Shown here piece by piece: positions 10,605 through 20,901 of a stretch of DNA of 64,000 nucleotides. Numbering within the stretch: the stretch's first letter is position 1; the number at the start of each line of letters is the position of its first letter. A program made the translations under genes and the position numbers. The stretch lies in contig CAOJZV010000003.1 in NCBI GenBank assembly GCA_948466255.1, forward strand, positions 9,722 through 73,721, in the 5' to 3' direction. Under the pieces are notes generated by a model. That model had not been told where the DNA came from and ran no database searches. It saw nothing but the letters and a program-made list of their open reading frames with translations. The stretch comes from an uncultured Bacillota bacterium (GTDB lineage Bacteria; Bacillota_I; Bacilli_A; RF39; UBA660).

Positions 10605-12251
10605 TTATCTTTTTATTAATTTTCCTTTTATTTTTATTGCTATTTTTTGAACTGCATTTTTACCTAATATTTCATCAATGGTTTTTGATTTGTAAGCTAC
10701 TATAAAGTATATTACTACACCTATTATACCATATATTATTAGCTGCACGATAGCTAATAATCTTGAAGTTGTAATATTTGGTATAAATGTGTTTAATATT
10801 GTTAAGCTGGTTACCATTATAGCTGTACATAGTGTAACTTTAATTAAAGTTCTTACTGATTTCAAGTAACTAATATTGGTTTTGTGTTTAATTACGCTAA
10901 GTAAGTATATGCTTGCACTTGTATCTATAATCATGTTTAATACAATCGGAGCATAATAAGCCTCTAATCCTATACTATTAAACAAATGCATAAATGGAAT
11001 GTTTAAAACTATTTTAGCTAAAACAGATCCACCAAGTGCGATAATTGATTGTTTTGTATTGTCTAAAGTTTGATTAGCGTTTACCATTACTGAACATATT
11101 GAAAGTGGGATTTGTGATAGAATCAATATTCTAAAAATAGAAATATTTAATTCATTATATCCATAGAATACTGTCCACACATCTGCAGCCATAAAACTAA
11201 TACCTACAGCAAGTGGAACTGTTACTAGTAACAGTGTTTGTATCGCTTGGTTAATTTTGGCATTTACTTCTTTATAGTTTTTAATGGCATAACTTGATGC
11301 AATAGCTGGAATCAAGCTCATAATAATACCTGTTGAAATTGACATTACTATCATATTAAGTTTTGATCCCCATGTAGCGATTACACTTAAGACATTTTCA
11401 CTTATGGCAGTTGTATAGCCTAAACCTACTAAAGATTTTACAACTGTAAAAACATCCACCATTGTAAACGCTGATTGTAATACTGAAATAGCTACGAATG
11501 GTAATGCATAAAGTATTATTTTTTTAGCAATAGCTTTATTATCAATTTTTGCTTCGTCTCTAGTTCTTGTAGCATCTCTATTTAATTCTTTTTTATTTTT
11601 TCTTATTTTATCATAAACATAAAAATATGCTGCAATGGCTCCTACAGTAGCACCAAATACAGCTATTCCTACAGCTGTAGTAATAGATGTATGAAATACT
11701 TTTACGGCTAAAAAGCTTCCCGCTATAATAACAATTACTCTAACGATTTGTTCTAAAATGTTAGCCACGGATGATACCTGCATAATTTTATGCCCTTGCA
11801 AATACCCTTTTGAAACACTTAAAAATGGCACTACTAAAATAGCAGTTGAAATTACTCTAATTACGAAAGTTACATCTTCTACAGTATTTCCACCTTTAAC
11901 ATCACCTATTATTAAATAAGCAAGCTGTGGGGCAAAAATAAATAGTAATAAAAATACGGTAATACATAATACAGCAATTATTTTTAAACCGATTTTAAAT
12001 GTTTGTTCCTTGGTAAAATATAATTTTAAACTATTAAACTCACTAACTATTTTACTCATTGCAACTGGTATTCCACTAGTTGCGAGATTTAAAAACATAT
12101 TGTAAATTGAATAGGCATAACTATATAAAGCTCCTCCTTGAATACCAATAATGGCATAAAAAGGAATAACATATATTAGTCCTATTATTTTTGTCACTAC
12201 TATACCTATTGTTGAAATAGCTGCTCCACCTAGAAAGCTATTTTTTTTCAT
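10605..12251 (-). CDS. MOP-superfamily flippase (MurJ/YtgP/SpoVB-like)
   Basis: KIIGLIYVIPF, YSYAYSIYNMFL.LATSGIPVAMSK, KGYLQGH, EQIVRV; GAGGT RBS before the ATG at 12251. Confidence 0.88.
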   Translation of the reverse strand: MKKNSFLGGAAISTIGIVVTKIIGLIYVIPFYAIIGIQGGALYSYAYSIYNMFLNLATSGIPVAMSKIVSEFNSLKLYFTKEQTFKIGLKIIAVLCITVFLLLFIFAPQLAYLIIGDVKGGNTVEDVTFVIRVISTAILVVPFLSVSKGYLQGHKIMQVSSVANILEQIVRVIVIIAGSFLAVKVFHTSITTAVGIAVFGATVGAIAAYFYVYDKIRKNKKELNRDATRTRDEAKIDNKAIAKKIILYALPFVAISVLQSAFTMVDVFTVVKSLVGLGYTTAISENVLSVIATWGSKLNMIVMSISTGIIMSLIPAIASSYAIKNYKEVNAKINQAIQTLLLVTVPLAVGISFMAADVWTVFYGYNELNISIFRILILSQIPLSICSVMVNANQTLDNTKQSIIALGGSVLAKIVLNIPFMHLFNSIGLEAYYAPIVLNMIIDTSASIYLLSVIKHKTNISYLKSVRTLIKVTLCTAIMVTSLTILNTFIPNITTSRLLAIVQLIIYGIIGVVIYFIVAYKSKTIDEILGKNAVQKIAIKIKGKLIKR

Positions 12252-12261
12252 ACCTCTCACC

Positions 12262-12432
12262 CTATCTATAAACGATAAGTGCAGAAAAACAGTATACTTG
12301 CTCTTCTGCAAAAATACTAGTACTAACAGAGAATTTTATTTCAATTATTTCTGGTTCTTCTTCTGCTATAAATTCATTAATTGTTTTTTCTAAATCTTTT
12401 TCGTGACTTTCGTCAAATACTTTCACTTTCAT
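12262..12432 (-). CDS. cse60: Sporulation protein Cse60-like (56 aa, missing from the ORF track)
   Basis: MKVKVFDESHEKDLEKTINEFI...IKFSV...EQVYCFSALIVYR, with AGGTGG RBS. Confidence 0.8.
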   Translation of the reverse strand: MKVKVFDESHEKDLEKTINEFIAEEEPEIIEIKFSVSTSIFAEEQVYCFSALIVYR

Positions 12433-12507
12433 TATACCACCTTTTTATATTATAACGAAATAAAAAGTTCCTTTTTGTCAAAAAAAGAGGAATATTTATT
12501 CCTCTTT

Positions 12508-13692
12508 TTAATTTCGACTGTTAAAGCGGCCTTGTTCTCCAGGTGCTTGTGTAAGCCAAACTCTTGGATTCATATGTGGACCACTTGTTAATGACTTGAA
12601 GTCTTGACCATATTCACCTTTAAATAATTTAAAATCTAAATGTGATCCAGTTGTGCATGAATCATAGCTAGGATTCCCACCTTGTGTTCCTATTTGTGTT
12701 TGAGCCGTTACCACTTGTCCAGCACTAACATTAACTGTTTTTAAATGATAATAAACTGTTGTATAAGTTTTTCCATCAACTTTGTGCTTAATGAATACTA
12801 CAATATGTCCACATCCATCTGATGGCCTCCATACACTTATCACACTACCCGCTACAGGTGGAAATATAGGTGCACCCTCATAATTTGTCATATCTATAGC
12901 ATTATGCTTGCGTGAATTCGTATTATAATAATTTTGTGTTATACGTCCTTTTTGTAAAGGCATTAAAAATCCACTAAATGCTCCACCAGTTGATACGTCA
13001 GGTGCGGTATTTCTGTTAAGACAAGTATTGATTTCCTCATTTTCTTTACACCCCATAGATTTAAGCGAGTTAATATAATTCATTAATGCATTATATTCTG
13101 ACTTATAAGTTTGAATTTGATCAGAAAGTCCATCTATTTGAGTTGCTAATTTCCTAACTAATTCATCTAATTCAATTTGTTTTTTTCTAAGTTCTTCTTT
13201 TTTTACTGCAAGTTCTTTTTGTTTTTGTTCAGAATCCTTTATAGCTTTATTATATTCAGCAATTAATTCATCATTATAATTTGATAATTGTTCTGCAACT
13301 GAAACGCGATATATAAAATCAGTAAATGAACTAGCGCCAAAAGCATATTCTAAATATACAGACTCACCATTAGAAACTTGAACAAATTTCATTATTTCCT
13401 TTATTTCTTTATCTTTTTTCTTTATTGATTTTTGAAGTTTGGAAATTTCATCTTCTAGTCGTACTATTTCTTCTTCTGTGTTTTTAATATCTTTTGCAGT
13501 TTGTTCTTTAGCTGCTAATGCTTCTTTTTTTTCTTTTTCTGTCATTTCTTTTTGTGCTATTTTAGATCTTTCTGCCCTTAATGCGGCATCTGCTTTATCA
13601 ATATATTGTTTTAATGTTTCTGCACTTGCATCACTAAGAAACATAAAACAAGATAACATAAAGGTTAATACAATAATACTAATTTTCTTCAT
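12508..13692 (-). CDS. Secreted coiled-coil protein with C-terminal M23 peptidase domain (CwlO/PcsB-like N-terminus)
   Basis: Signal peptide, long coiled coil with YLEYAFGASSFTDFIYR, HNAID, YYHL, TGSHLDF. Confidence 0.85.
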   Translation of the reverse strand: MKKISIIVLTFMLSCFMFLSDASAETLKQYIDKADAALRAERSKIAQKEMTEKEKKEALAAKEQTAKDIKNTEEEIVRLEDEISKLQKSIKKKDKEIKEIMKFVQVSNGESVYLEYAFGASSFTDFIYRVSVAEQLSNYNDELIAEYNKAIKDSEQKQKELAVKKEELRKKQIELDELVRKLATQIDGLSDQIQTYKSEYNALMNYINSLKSMGCKENEEINTCLNRNTAPDVSTGGAFSGFLMPLQKGRITQNYYNTNSRKHNAIDMTNYEGAPIFPPVAGSVISVWRPSDGCGHIVVFIKHKVDGKTYTTVYYHLKTVNVSAGQVVTAQTQIGTQGGNPSYDSCTTGSHLDFKLFKGEYGQDFKSLTSGPHMNPRVWLTQAPGEQGRFNSRN

Positions 13693-13705
13693 ACTTCTTA
13701 CCTCT

Positions 13706-14350
13706 CTACTCCTTTAATGTTTTTACAGCCTTTTTATATTCTGGCATGTATTTTTCTACTGTTTTCCAAAAGTTTTTTGAATGGTCAAAATGAACTAAAT
13801 GAGAAAGCTCATGGATTATAACATAATCTATTATATATAAATCATATCTTATTAATTTTGAATTTATTGTAACAGATGTATCTCTTCTATTACATACTCC
13901 CCATCTTGTTTTCATTTTTCTTATTTTTAATTTTGGAAAAGGAATATTTTCTTCAAATAATTTATAACAATATTCTAGCCTTTCTTCAAAGACTTCTTTT
14001 GTTCTCTTTTTTAACCACTTTTCTATAGTTATTTCATCTTTGGCGTATATTTTATCATCTTCTATTTCTACTTTATTAAAGGGTACTATTATTATATCAT
14101 ATTTTTTACCTAAATAATAGAACTCAGCATCTTTTTCCTGCCTTCTTTTTACTTTGATTAACACTTTTCTTAAAAAATCTTGTTCTTTATCTAATAGGTT
14201 TTTTATCATTCTTTTTGTTGTAAACATATTTGTAGTTACATATATCGTTCCATCTTCTTTAACTTTTATATAGGTATTTTTATTGTTTTTAATGACGACT
14301 TCAACAGTGTATTTTTCACCATCTAGTTTGTATTCAAATGTTTTTATCAT
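13706..14350 (-). CDS. YgjP/DUF45-family (M48-like) metallohydrolase
   Basis: MKTRWGVC, YVIIHELSHLVHFDHSKNFW. Confidence 0.88.
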   Translation of the reverse strand: MIKTFEYKLDGEKYTVEVVIKNNKNTYIKVKEDGTIYVTTNMFTTKRMIKNLLDKEQDFLRKVLIKVKRRQEKDAEFYYLGKKYDIIIVPFNKVEIEDDKIYAKDEITIEKWLKKRTKEVFEERLEYCYKLFEENIPFPKLKIRKMKTRWGVCNRRDTSVTINSKLIRYDLYIIDYVIIHELSHLVHFDHSKNFWKTVEKYMPEYKKAVKTLKE

Positions 14351-14421
14351 GTTTACCACCTTATATTATTTTATCATATTTCAGGTATAAAAAAAAGAAC
14401 CCATAAGGTTCTTTTAGTTCA

Positions 14422-15969
14422 CTAAATAGCTGTTAGAATGCAGCAAACTATTAGTAATAGTATAAATACTGCTAAAGCGAATTTCCAAATGTATTTAAAC
14501 CAATCTTTAAATTTAACATTGAAATAACTAAGTCCAGCAATTAGAATAACACTTGTTGGGAATACGATCATTCCTACACCATAGATAGCTTGAACTGCTA
14601 ATCCAGCGATTGAAAGTGCTGAAGCGTCAAAGCCCATTAAGAATGTTTGCATTCCAGCTAATAAGTAGTATAAGTCATTATAGAAGAAACTTCCGAATAA
14701 TGCTGCTACTCCTGTAGTTACTGCGTTAAAGTCATCTGTTAAACCAAATGTTTTAGCATATAATGTATCTACTAATGTTCCAGTTCCAGCGTATGAAGCT
14801 TGATATAAAACAGTTAAGATTACACTAGCTAATGCAGCATAGATTGCTGTTGGTAACATCTTTTTAACACCAGCGATAAAGCTTTCAACAAATGTGTTTA
14901 ATTTTAATTTGTAAATCCATGCGATTAATGCTGCAGCAATAACCATCATAATTACAAATTCAGTATTTCCCCAATAACCAATTTGGCTAATTCCACTTAA
15001 TAAGTGTTCGAAGATTGGGAAATCACCGATTTTAACACCCATAATAGATGTATGAATATCGTTGAATACTTCGATACCAAATGCATAATACCAATTATAC
15101 ATTCCAACAAATGTAACTAATACCATTAAGACAAAAATTACGATTAATGGAAGTGTATTAATTCCTTTCTTAGCATTTACTTTCTTAACATCTTTAGCAA
15201 CTGCTAAACTTTGAGTGTTTTTCTTAGTTGTTTTCTTAGTAGTAGTTTTCTTTGTAGCTGGTTTTTTAGTAGTAGTCTTTTTAGCTGCTGCTTTTTTAGG
15301 TGCTGCTTTAACTTCTTTAACAGCTTCTTTTTTAGCAGCTGGTTTTTTAGCGGCTTTAGCTTCTACTCTCTTACTAAATTTTAAGATGAAGAAGATTAAA
15401 GCTGCTGTAACTAATACTAAAATAATTAATTTAGCCCAGATTTGATTGTTCATATCTAATGCTAAAATATTTTTAGTATAACCAGTTACATTAAATCCAT
15501 ATGTTGAACATATAGAACCAACTAAAACTGCTCCTACTGTTGATGCCATTGCTGTAATTTTGTCATAATTCATTGCAAATAAAACACCTGCAAATAATGG
15601 AATTAAAACAAATAGTGGCAATGTTAAACCTGTAACTGATGAAAGAATTACGAAGAAAATAATTGTAAAGATTAAGAATCCTTTTTCTTTACCAGCAAAT
15701 TTCTTAGTAATGTTTTCAATCCATGCAGGTAATGCACCAGTTTTTTCCATAACTCCATACAATCCACCTATTGCAGCAAATACTACAATATATAAAGCGA
15801 ATGTAAGAAGTGTTGAAATTGGAATGCTGAATAAATCAAACACACCAACGGCGTCGATACCATTCGTAGTTAATTCACCATTTGAATAAGTACCAACAGG
15901 AATGATCCAGCTTAAAACTACAAAGATTAAGAAAGATATTCCAATTGCTTTAAGTAAATTTCTTTTCAC
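14422..15969 (-). CDS. YfcC-like/DcuC-type membrane transporter with a Lys/Ala/Thr-rich insert
   Basis: LSWIIPVG.Y, GGLYGVMEKTGAL, about 12 TM segments, IFPTS..LIAGLS...V.F.DW.KYIWK; GTG start. Confidence 0.7.
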   Translation of the reverse strand: MKRNLLKAIGISFLIFVVLSWIIPVGTYSNGELTTNGIDAVGVFDLFSIPISTLLTFALYIVVFAAIGGLYGVMEKTGALPAWIENITKKFAGKEKGFLIFTIIFFVILSSVTGLTLPLFVLIPLFAGVLFAMNYDKITAMASTVGAVLVGSICSTYGFNVTGYTKNILALDMNNQIWAKLIILVLVTAALIFFILKFSKRVEAKAAKKPAAKKEAVKEVKAAPKKAAAKKTTTKKPATKKTTTKKTTKKNTQSLAVAKDVKKVNAKKGINTLPLIVIFVLMVLVTFVGMYNWYYAFGIEVFNDIHTSIMGVKIGDFPIFEHLLSGISQIGYWGNTEFVIMMVIAAALIAWIYKLKLNTFVESFIAGVKKMLPTAIYAALASVILTVLYQASYAGTGTLVDTLYAKTFGLTDDFNAVTTGVAALFGSFFYNDLYYLLAGMQTFLMGFDASALSIAGLAVQAIYGVGMIVFPTSVILIAGLSYFNVKFKDWFKYIWKFALAVFILLLIVCCILTAI

Positions 15970-16123
15970 TTTTCTCTACCTCCCATTGTAATTATACCAA
16001 AAATGCCCTTTAATATAAAGTTTTTTTGGTAAAAAAAGTATATTTTAATAAAATCTACAATTAATTTTATGCTTTTTTTAATTTTTTATTATCCTTTATG
16101 TTATACTAATTTTAGGTGATTTT

Positions 16124-17059
16124 ATGAATGAATTTTTATATTCTAACACTAATAAAAGATATCATACTTTAGATTATTTTTATAAGCAAAAATTCGGATG
16201 TAAGGTATGTAAAATAAGCCTAAACGCTGGTTTTTCTTGTCCAAATATGGATGGAAAAGTTGGAACTGGTGGATGCATATATTGCTCTAAAAGTGGTAGT
16301 GGTGAATATGGTGGAAATAAAAATGATGACTTAATTAAGCAGTTTAATGAGGTTAAAAAAGTTATGGATAGAAAATGGCCTGACAGTAAATATATCGGAT
16401 ATTTTCAAGCTAGAACTAACACTTATGCTCCTTTAAATATATTAAAAGAAAAGTATGAAACTATTTTAAATTTGGATAATGTAGTTGGTTTAGCAATCGC
16501 AACTAGACCTGATGCAATTAGTGATGAATGTTTAGATTATTTGGAAGAACTTAATGAAAAAACTTTTTTAACTATTGAGCTGGGATTACAAACTATTCAT
16601 GAAAATACTACTGACTTAATTAATAGATGTCATGATTTAAAATGTTTTGATGATATGGTTAAGAAGTTACATGATAGAAATATTTTTGTAGTGGCCCATG
16701 TTATTAATGGATTACCTTATGAAACTAAAGAAATGATGATAGATACAGTTAAACATTTAAATAAGATTGGTATAGATGGTATTAAAATACACATGCTTAG
16801 TATTTTAAAAGATACTCCTTTAGAAAAAATGTATTTAGAAAATCCTTTTCATTTACTTAGTGAAGCTGAATATGTTGATATTGTATGTGATCAACTTGAA
16901 TGTTTAAAATCTGAAATTGTTATTCAAAGATTAACTGGAGATCCTATGGCTAGTGAATTAATTGGTCCTGATTGGCTTATTAAAAAGGTCCAAGTTTTAA
17001 ATGATATTGATAAAGAAATGGTTAGAAGAAATTCTTATCAAGGAAAAAATGTAGATTAG
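16124..17059 (+). CDS. TIGR01212-family radical SAM protein (YhcC/YtqA-like)
   Basis: GFSCPNMDG..GTGGCIYC, YFQA.TNTY, ATRPD, ELGLQT, GIKIHML. Confidence 0.9.
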   Translation: MNEFLYSNTNKRYHTLDYFYKQKFGCKVCKISLNAGFSCPNMDGKVGTGGCIYCSKSGSGEYGGNKNDDLIKQFNEVKKVMDRKWPDSKYIGYFQARTNTYAPLNILKEKYETILNLDNVVGLAIATRPDAISDECLDYLEELNEKTFLTIELGLQTIHENTTDLINRCHDLKCFDDMVKKLHDRNIFVVAHVINGLPYETKEMMIDTVKHLNKIGIDGIKIHMLSILKDTPLEKMYLENPFHLLSEAEYVDIVCDQLECLKSEIVIQRLTGDPMASELIGPDWLIKKVQVLNDIDKEMVRRNSYQGKNVD

Positions 17060-17076
17060 TTTTATCTACATTTTTT
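17044..17076. terminator. Bidirectional intrinsic terminator
   Basis: aaaaaatgtagat / atctacatttttt inverted repeat between convergent genes. Confidence 0.75.
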
Positions 17077-17962
17077 ATATTTGTAATTTATATGTGGTTG
17101 TAAAGATTCTTTCGTCTGTACAATATTTTAAAACATATCCATTTATATCCTTACAAATAATGACCCCTACTGTTTTATCATTAGATGTTTCTTTTATATT
17201 TTCATCTACATAATTTATATATTTTTTAACTTGTCCAATATACTCAGCCTTAAATTCAGTTACTTTTATTTCTACTACTACAAAACAATTAAATTTATAA
17301 TTAAATAATAGAAAATCTATCGAATGATTATCCTTACCTATTTTAATTTTTACCTCATGTCCAATATAAGCAAAACCTATGCCAAGTTCTTTAAGAAAAC
17401 CTTCCATATTTTCTAAAATTAAATTATGAAGTGCATATTCTGTTACCTTTTCAGGTATATTTTTAGATTTAATAACAATTGGATCTTTAATTAATGTATT
17501 TACTTTTGGTTCAGATAACTCTTCTTTATATCCAATTCTTTCATATTCTTTTGATTTGATTCTTTCTTCTAATTCTCTATATGAGATATTTTGACTGATT
17601 GCAATATTAATGTAATAATCCAATGCTTTATTATCTTGTATAGATAATAAATAACGATAATGTGTCCATGACAATTCGGCACGCATTGCGTGCCCTTTTT
17701 GTACAAACAAATAAAATTTACGCATATATTTTAAGTTTCTAGCAGAATAACCTTTTCCAATTTCTCTAGTTAATTTCTCAGAATATTCCTTAATAAGTTT
17801 ATTTCCATATTTAGCCCTTTCCTCACCACCTTGGGCTTCTATAAGCAATTTCCCTACTTCATAATATGTTTGTAAATCACTTTTGTTCTTTGAATAATCT
17901 TTAGCCTGTTTATACATTTCATTTTTTATTAATGTATCTTTTATTTCTGTATAATAGTTCAT
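17075..17962 (-). CDS. YhcG/DUF1016 PD-(D/E)XK nuclease-family protein
   Basis: YYEVGKLL, GYSARNLKYMRKFY, LSWTHY, IKDP, ELG.GFAYIG, IDFLLFN...CFVVVEIK, GQV..YINY. Confidence 0.88.
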   Translation of the reverse strand: MNYYTEIKDTLIKNEMYKQAKDYSKNKSDLQTYYEVGKLLIEAQGGEERAKYGNKLIKEYSEKLTREIGKGYSARNLKYMRKFYLFVQKGHAMRAELSWTHYRYLLSIQDNKALDYYINIAISQNISYRELEERIKSKEYERIGYKEELSEPKVNTLIKDPIVIKSKNIPEKVTEYALHNLILENMEGFLKELGIGFAYIGHEVKIKIGKDNHSIDFLLFNYKFNCFVVVEIKVTEFKAEYIGQVKKYINYVDENIKETSNDKTVGVIICKDINGYVLKYCTDERIFTTTYKLQI

Positions 17963-17990
17963 TTTTCATCTCCTTTATTTACTAAAATTT

Positions 17991-18040
17991 GCACCTCTAA
18001 TGTAATATACGAGATTTATAAGGCAAATTCCTTGTTAAAA
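17991..18040 (-). repeat. Dispersed ~40-bp element, copy 2
   Basis: gcacctctaatgtaatatacgagatttataaggcaaattccttgttaaaa, directly upstream of the DUF1016 gene. Confidence 0.9.
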
Positions 18041-18096
18041 ATGAAAAAAGTTGTAAAAAAATGAAATTTCTTTTAAAAAAAGAAAATAGCTTTTTA

Positions 18097-19869
18097 CTAT
18101 TTTCTATCTATAAACCAATTTGTGCTTATGTCACAGCTACTACTTGATGGGGCTGGATTTGGTTTATCTAATTTTACGAGTACTGGTACCCTAAAAGCAT
18201 TACCAAAGGCAATACAATTACCTGGTTGTAACACTCTTAAACGTTTGATAATTTCACTTGTAATATTAGGTACCATTTCTTTAATATAGTTTATATCTCT
18301 TGGATGAAGCATTTTAAAAATTAAGAAGTTTGAACATTGTGAGATTGATGTTTCTGATAAATCAGATGGTCTTTGTGAAATAAGTCCTAGTAAAACACCA
18401 TATTTTCTTCCTTCTTTAGTAATTCTATCAAAAATATTATATCCTAATAAATTAATATCATTATCATTTTGAACATATCTATGTGCTTCTTCTAGAATAA
18501 TGTGGAATGGTAGTGATGCTCTTTTATCTAAATTTTTAGCATATTCGAATAATAATCTTGAATAAATTTTTGTTAATGTTTTAGCAAATCTATCATCAAC
18601 ATAGTTTATATTAAAGTTTATTATTTGAGCTTTTCTACCATTCCCTACTAATAATAAGTTTTTAATATAATCATCTATGCTTATGTATTCTTTGCAATCA
18701 AAATATGTAGCATAGTCACTATTAATTAAGGTTCTTAATCTAACTTTTAAGACATTGGCTTCATCATATATTTTTTCGCTATTTAGTGAACCTTCTGAAA
18801 TAAGTGCGAAGTCCAAAGCTAATTTTAAATCATTTAAACCATATTTAAATGAACCATCTGGCATTGTAAGTTCAATACTATTATCTAAGAATGATTGCAT
18901 GTATTTTGTGATTAATTCCATTTCTCTTATTTTCCCGCTGGAATCAATTATTAGACATTGTTTTAATGACCTAACATATCCCGGCTGATATATTTGTGAA
19001 TCTAAATTTAAATCTTTTGTTTTATAATTTGATAATACCGAGAATATTTGGTCTCTTATTTGAGAAGCTGATTTACCACTTGATAAAATATCTAAGATTG
19101 CTCTTGCAATAATGTCATTTTTTTGTTTTATTACTTCTGCTTCATCTCTTGCAAAAACATTTACTAGTTTTAGGGCTTTTTCAATGATTGGAAGTTGTGT
19201 TGGTTTTTCCGCATTTAAAAGTAAAGCGATATCATCAACATCAAGTAACCATAATGGAATTTTTATAGTTTCTGAATCTGAAAATTTTGTATTTGTTGTA
19301 TAAGCTTTAAATGATACCTCTGGAGCTAGTTTACTAATTTCTTTAAAAGCTGAATGATATTCACCGTAAGCATCAAATATGAATATGCTAGCTCTATAAG
19401 CAACTGTATTTTTTTTATCAAAAATACTTTGAATCAAATGCGCAGTTCCCCAAGATTTTCCTGAACCACTATTTCCAAAAATGGCGAAATGATTTGAAAA
19501 GAAATCATTAATGTTAAAGCCAATTTTAACACCATCATAAATTGGGCTTGTTCCGATATATAAGTCTTTTCTTTCCTTATAATTATCAACACTGATAATC
19601 ATTGGAATTTTTTCTTTAGATATTAATTTTACTGATGATCCAAATGATGGCTTTCTCATAACACCAAAAACAAATTTATTATCTATTATTTCTCCTAATA
19701 AATTTATATATGCAATTCCATCTTTAATACTAGCAATTTCTCCTACTATTATTTTGTCGTCATCTTCCATGACAACGTGTAAGTTTACTAAATTTTGAAA
19801 CTCTTTTAATTCGATATTTAATTTAACTAGAACTGTATCTTCTTCTAGCCCCATTATTACTCCTAACAT
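18097..19869 (-). CDS. HerA/FtsK-like ATPase (DUF87) with N-terminal HAS barrel
   Basis: HFAIFGNSGSGKS, ILEEAHRY, KEGRKYG, ISQRPSDL; AGGTGA RBS before MLGVIMG. Confidence 0.85.
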   Translation of the reverse strand: MLGVIMGLEEDTVLVKLNIELKEFQNLVNLHVVMEDDDKIIVGEIASIKDGIAYINLLGEIIDNKFVFGVMRKPSFGSSVKLISKEKIPMIISVDNYKERKDLYIGTSPIYDGVKIGFNINDFFSNHFAIFGNSGSGKSWGTAHLIQSIFDKKNTVAYRASIFIFDAYGEYHSAFKEISKLAPEVSFKAYTTNTKFSDSETIKIPLWLLDVDDIALLLNAEKPTQLPIIEKALKLVNVFARDEAEVIKQKNDIIARAILDILSSGKSASQIRDQIFSVLSNYKTKDLNLDSQIYQPGYVRSLKQCLIIDSSGKIREMELITKYMQSFLDNSIELTMPDGSFKYGLNDLKLALDFALISEGSLNSEKIYDEANVLKVRLRTLINSDYATYFDCKEYISIDDYIKNLLLVGNGRKAQIINFNINYVDDRFAKTLTKIYSRLLFEYAKNLDKRASLPFHIILEEAHRYVQNDNDINLLGYNIFDRITKEGRKYGVLLGLISQRPSDLSETSISQCSNFLIFKMLHPRDINYIKEMVPNITSEIIKRLRVLQPGNCIAFGNAFRVPVLVKLDKPNPAPSSSSCDISTNWFIDRK

Positions 19870-19932
19870 ATTATCACCTAATATAATGTTATCACAAACC
19901 AAAAATTGTGTAAAGAAAAAGTGTTAGATTAC

Positions 19933-20901
19933 CTAATTTCTAACACTTACTTTTACATTTTTATCTATATATAATTTTATTTTTGTATTATTAGTAGATT
20001 TTATAAATCCTAAGCCTTTAATAACTATGTCCCCATTTTCTGGAACATTTAAATTATGGCATTTTAAATTTTCTAATTTATTTGTAGGTTTATAGATTCT
20101 TTCTAATTTTAAATCATTAGATATATAAAATATTAAATTGGTTCCTTTTTTTGCATCAATTCTAAATAGATTATCTATTATAATAGTTTGATCTACTTTT
20201 ACTTGAATAACTGAAGGTTTTAATTCTTTTTTGGGAAGAATTTTATTTAATAAATCGCTATTGGCATCTAATATTATACTTCCTTCGTCTAATAAACCCG
20301 GGGTATCAATTATATTTAAATTATCATTAATTTTTACATCAATTAAATCTAAAGTTGTTGATGGCAAAATACTAGTTGTTATTTCACGATTGTTTTCACT
20401 ATAATCTTTTATTAATTTATTTATAAGTGTACTTTTCCCTGCATTGGTATATCCAACCACATAAACTTTATTTGACTTTTTATATTTATTTATTTTTTCA
20501 TATAATAAATCTAAATTATAGTTATTTTTACTACATACTATTACTTTATCTACAATGTTTAGTTCGGTTTTTATACTATTCAATAATTTATTCTCATCTA
20601 GATGTCTTGGTATTAAATCTCTTTTAGCAAGTACTAATAAAACTGGATTTTTGATATTTAATTCATTTAAACTTTCTAGATTTAAAAAGTCTGTAACTAA
20701 AATAACTAAATCATTTGTTTTTTCTATTTGTTTTATAATATTTAAATAATATTCATTATCTTTATCTATGAATTTATAATCGTTATAGTGTCTTATTCTA
20801 AAACATCTTTCACATAGGTTTTTGGTTAGATCTTGTACATATCCTTCTTTATTTATATCTTCATTTTGTAATATGGCACCACAACCAATACATTTAGTCA
20901 T
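19933..20901 (-). CDS. yqeH: Ribosome biogenesis GTPase YqeH
   Basis: CIGCG...LCERCFRIRHY zinc finger, VVGYTNAGKSTLIN, DTPG. Confidence 0.9.
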   Translation of the reverse strand: MTKCIGCGAILQNEDINKEGYVQDLTKNLCERCFRIRHYNDYKFIDKDNEYYLNIIKQIEKTNDLVILVTDFLNLESLNELNIKNPVLLVLAKRDLIPRHLDENKLLNSIKTELNIVDKVIVCSKNNYNLDLLYEKINKYKKSNKVYVVGYTNAGKSTLINKLIKDYSENNREITTSILPSTTLDLIDVKINDNLNIIDTPGLLDEGSIILDANSDLLNKILPKKELKPSVIQVKVDQTIIIDNLFRIDAKKGTNLIFYISNDLKLERIYKPTNKLENLKCHNLNVPENGDIVIKGLGFIKSTNNTKIKLYIDKNVKVSVRN

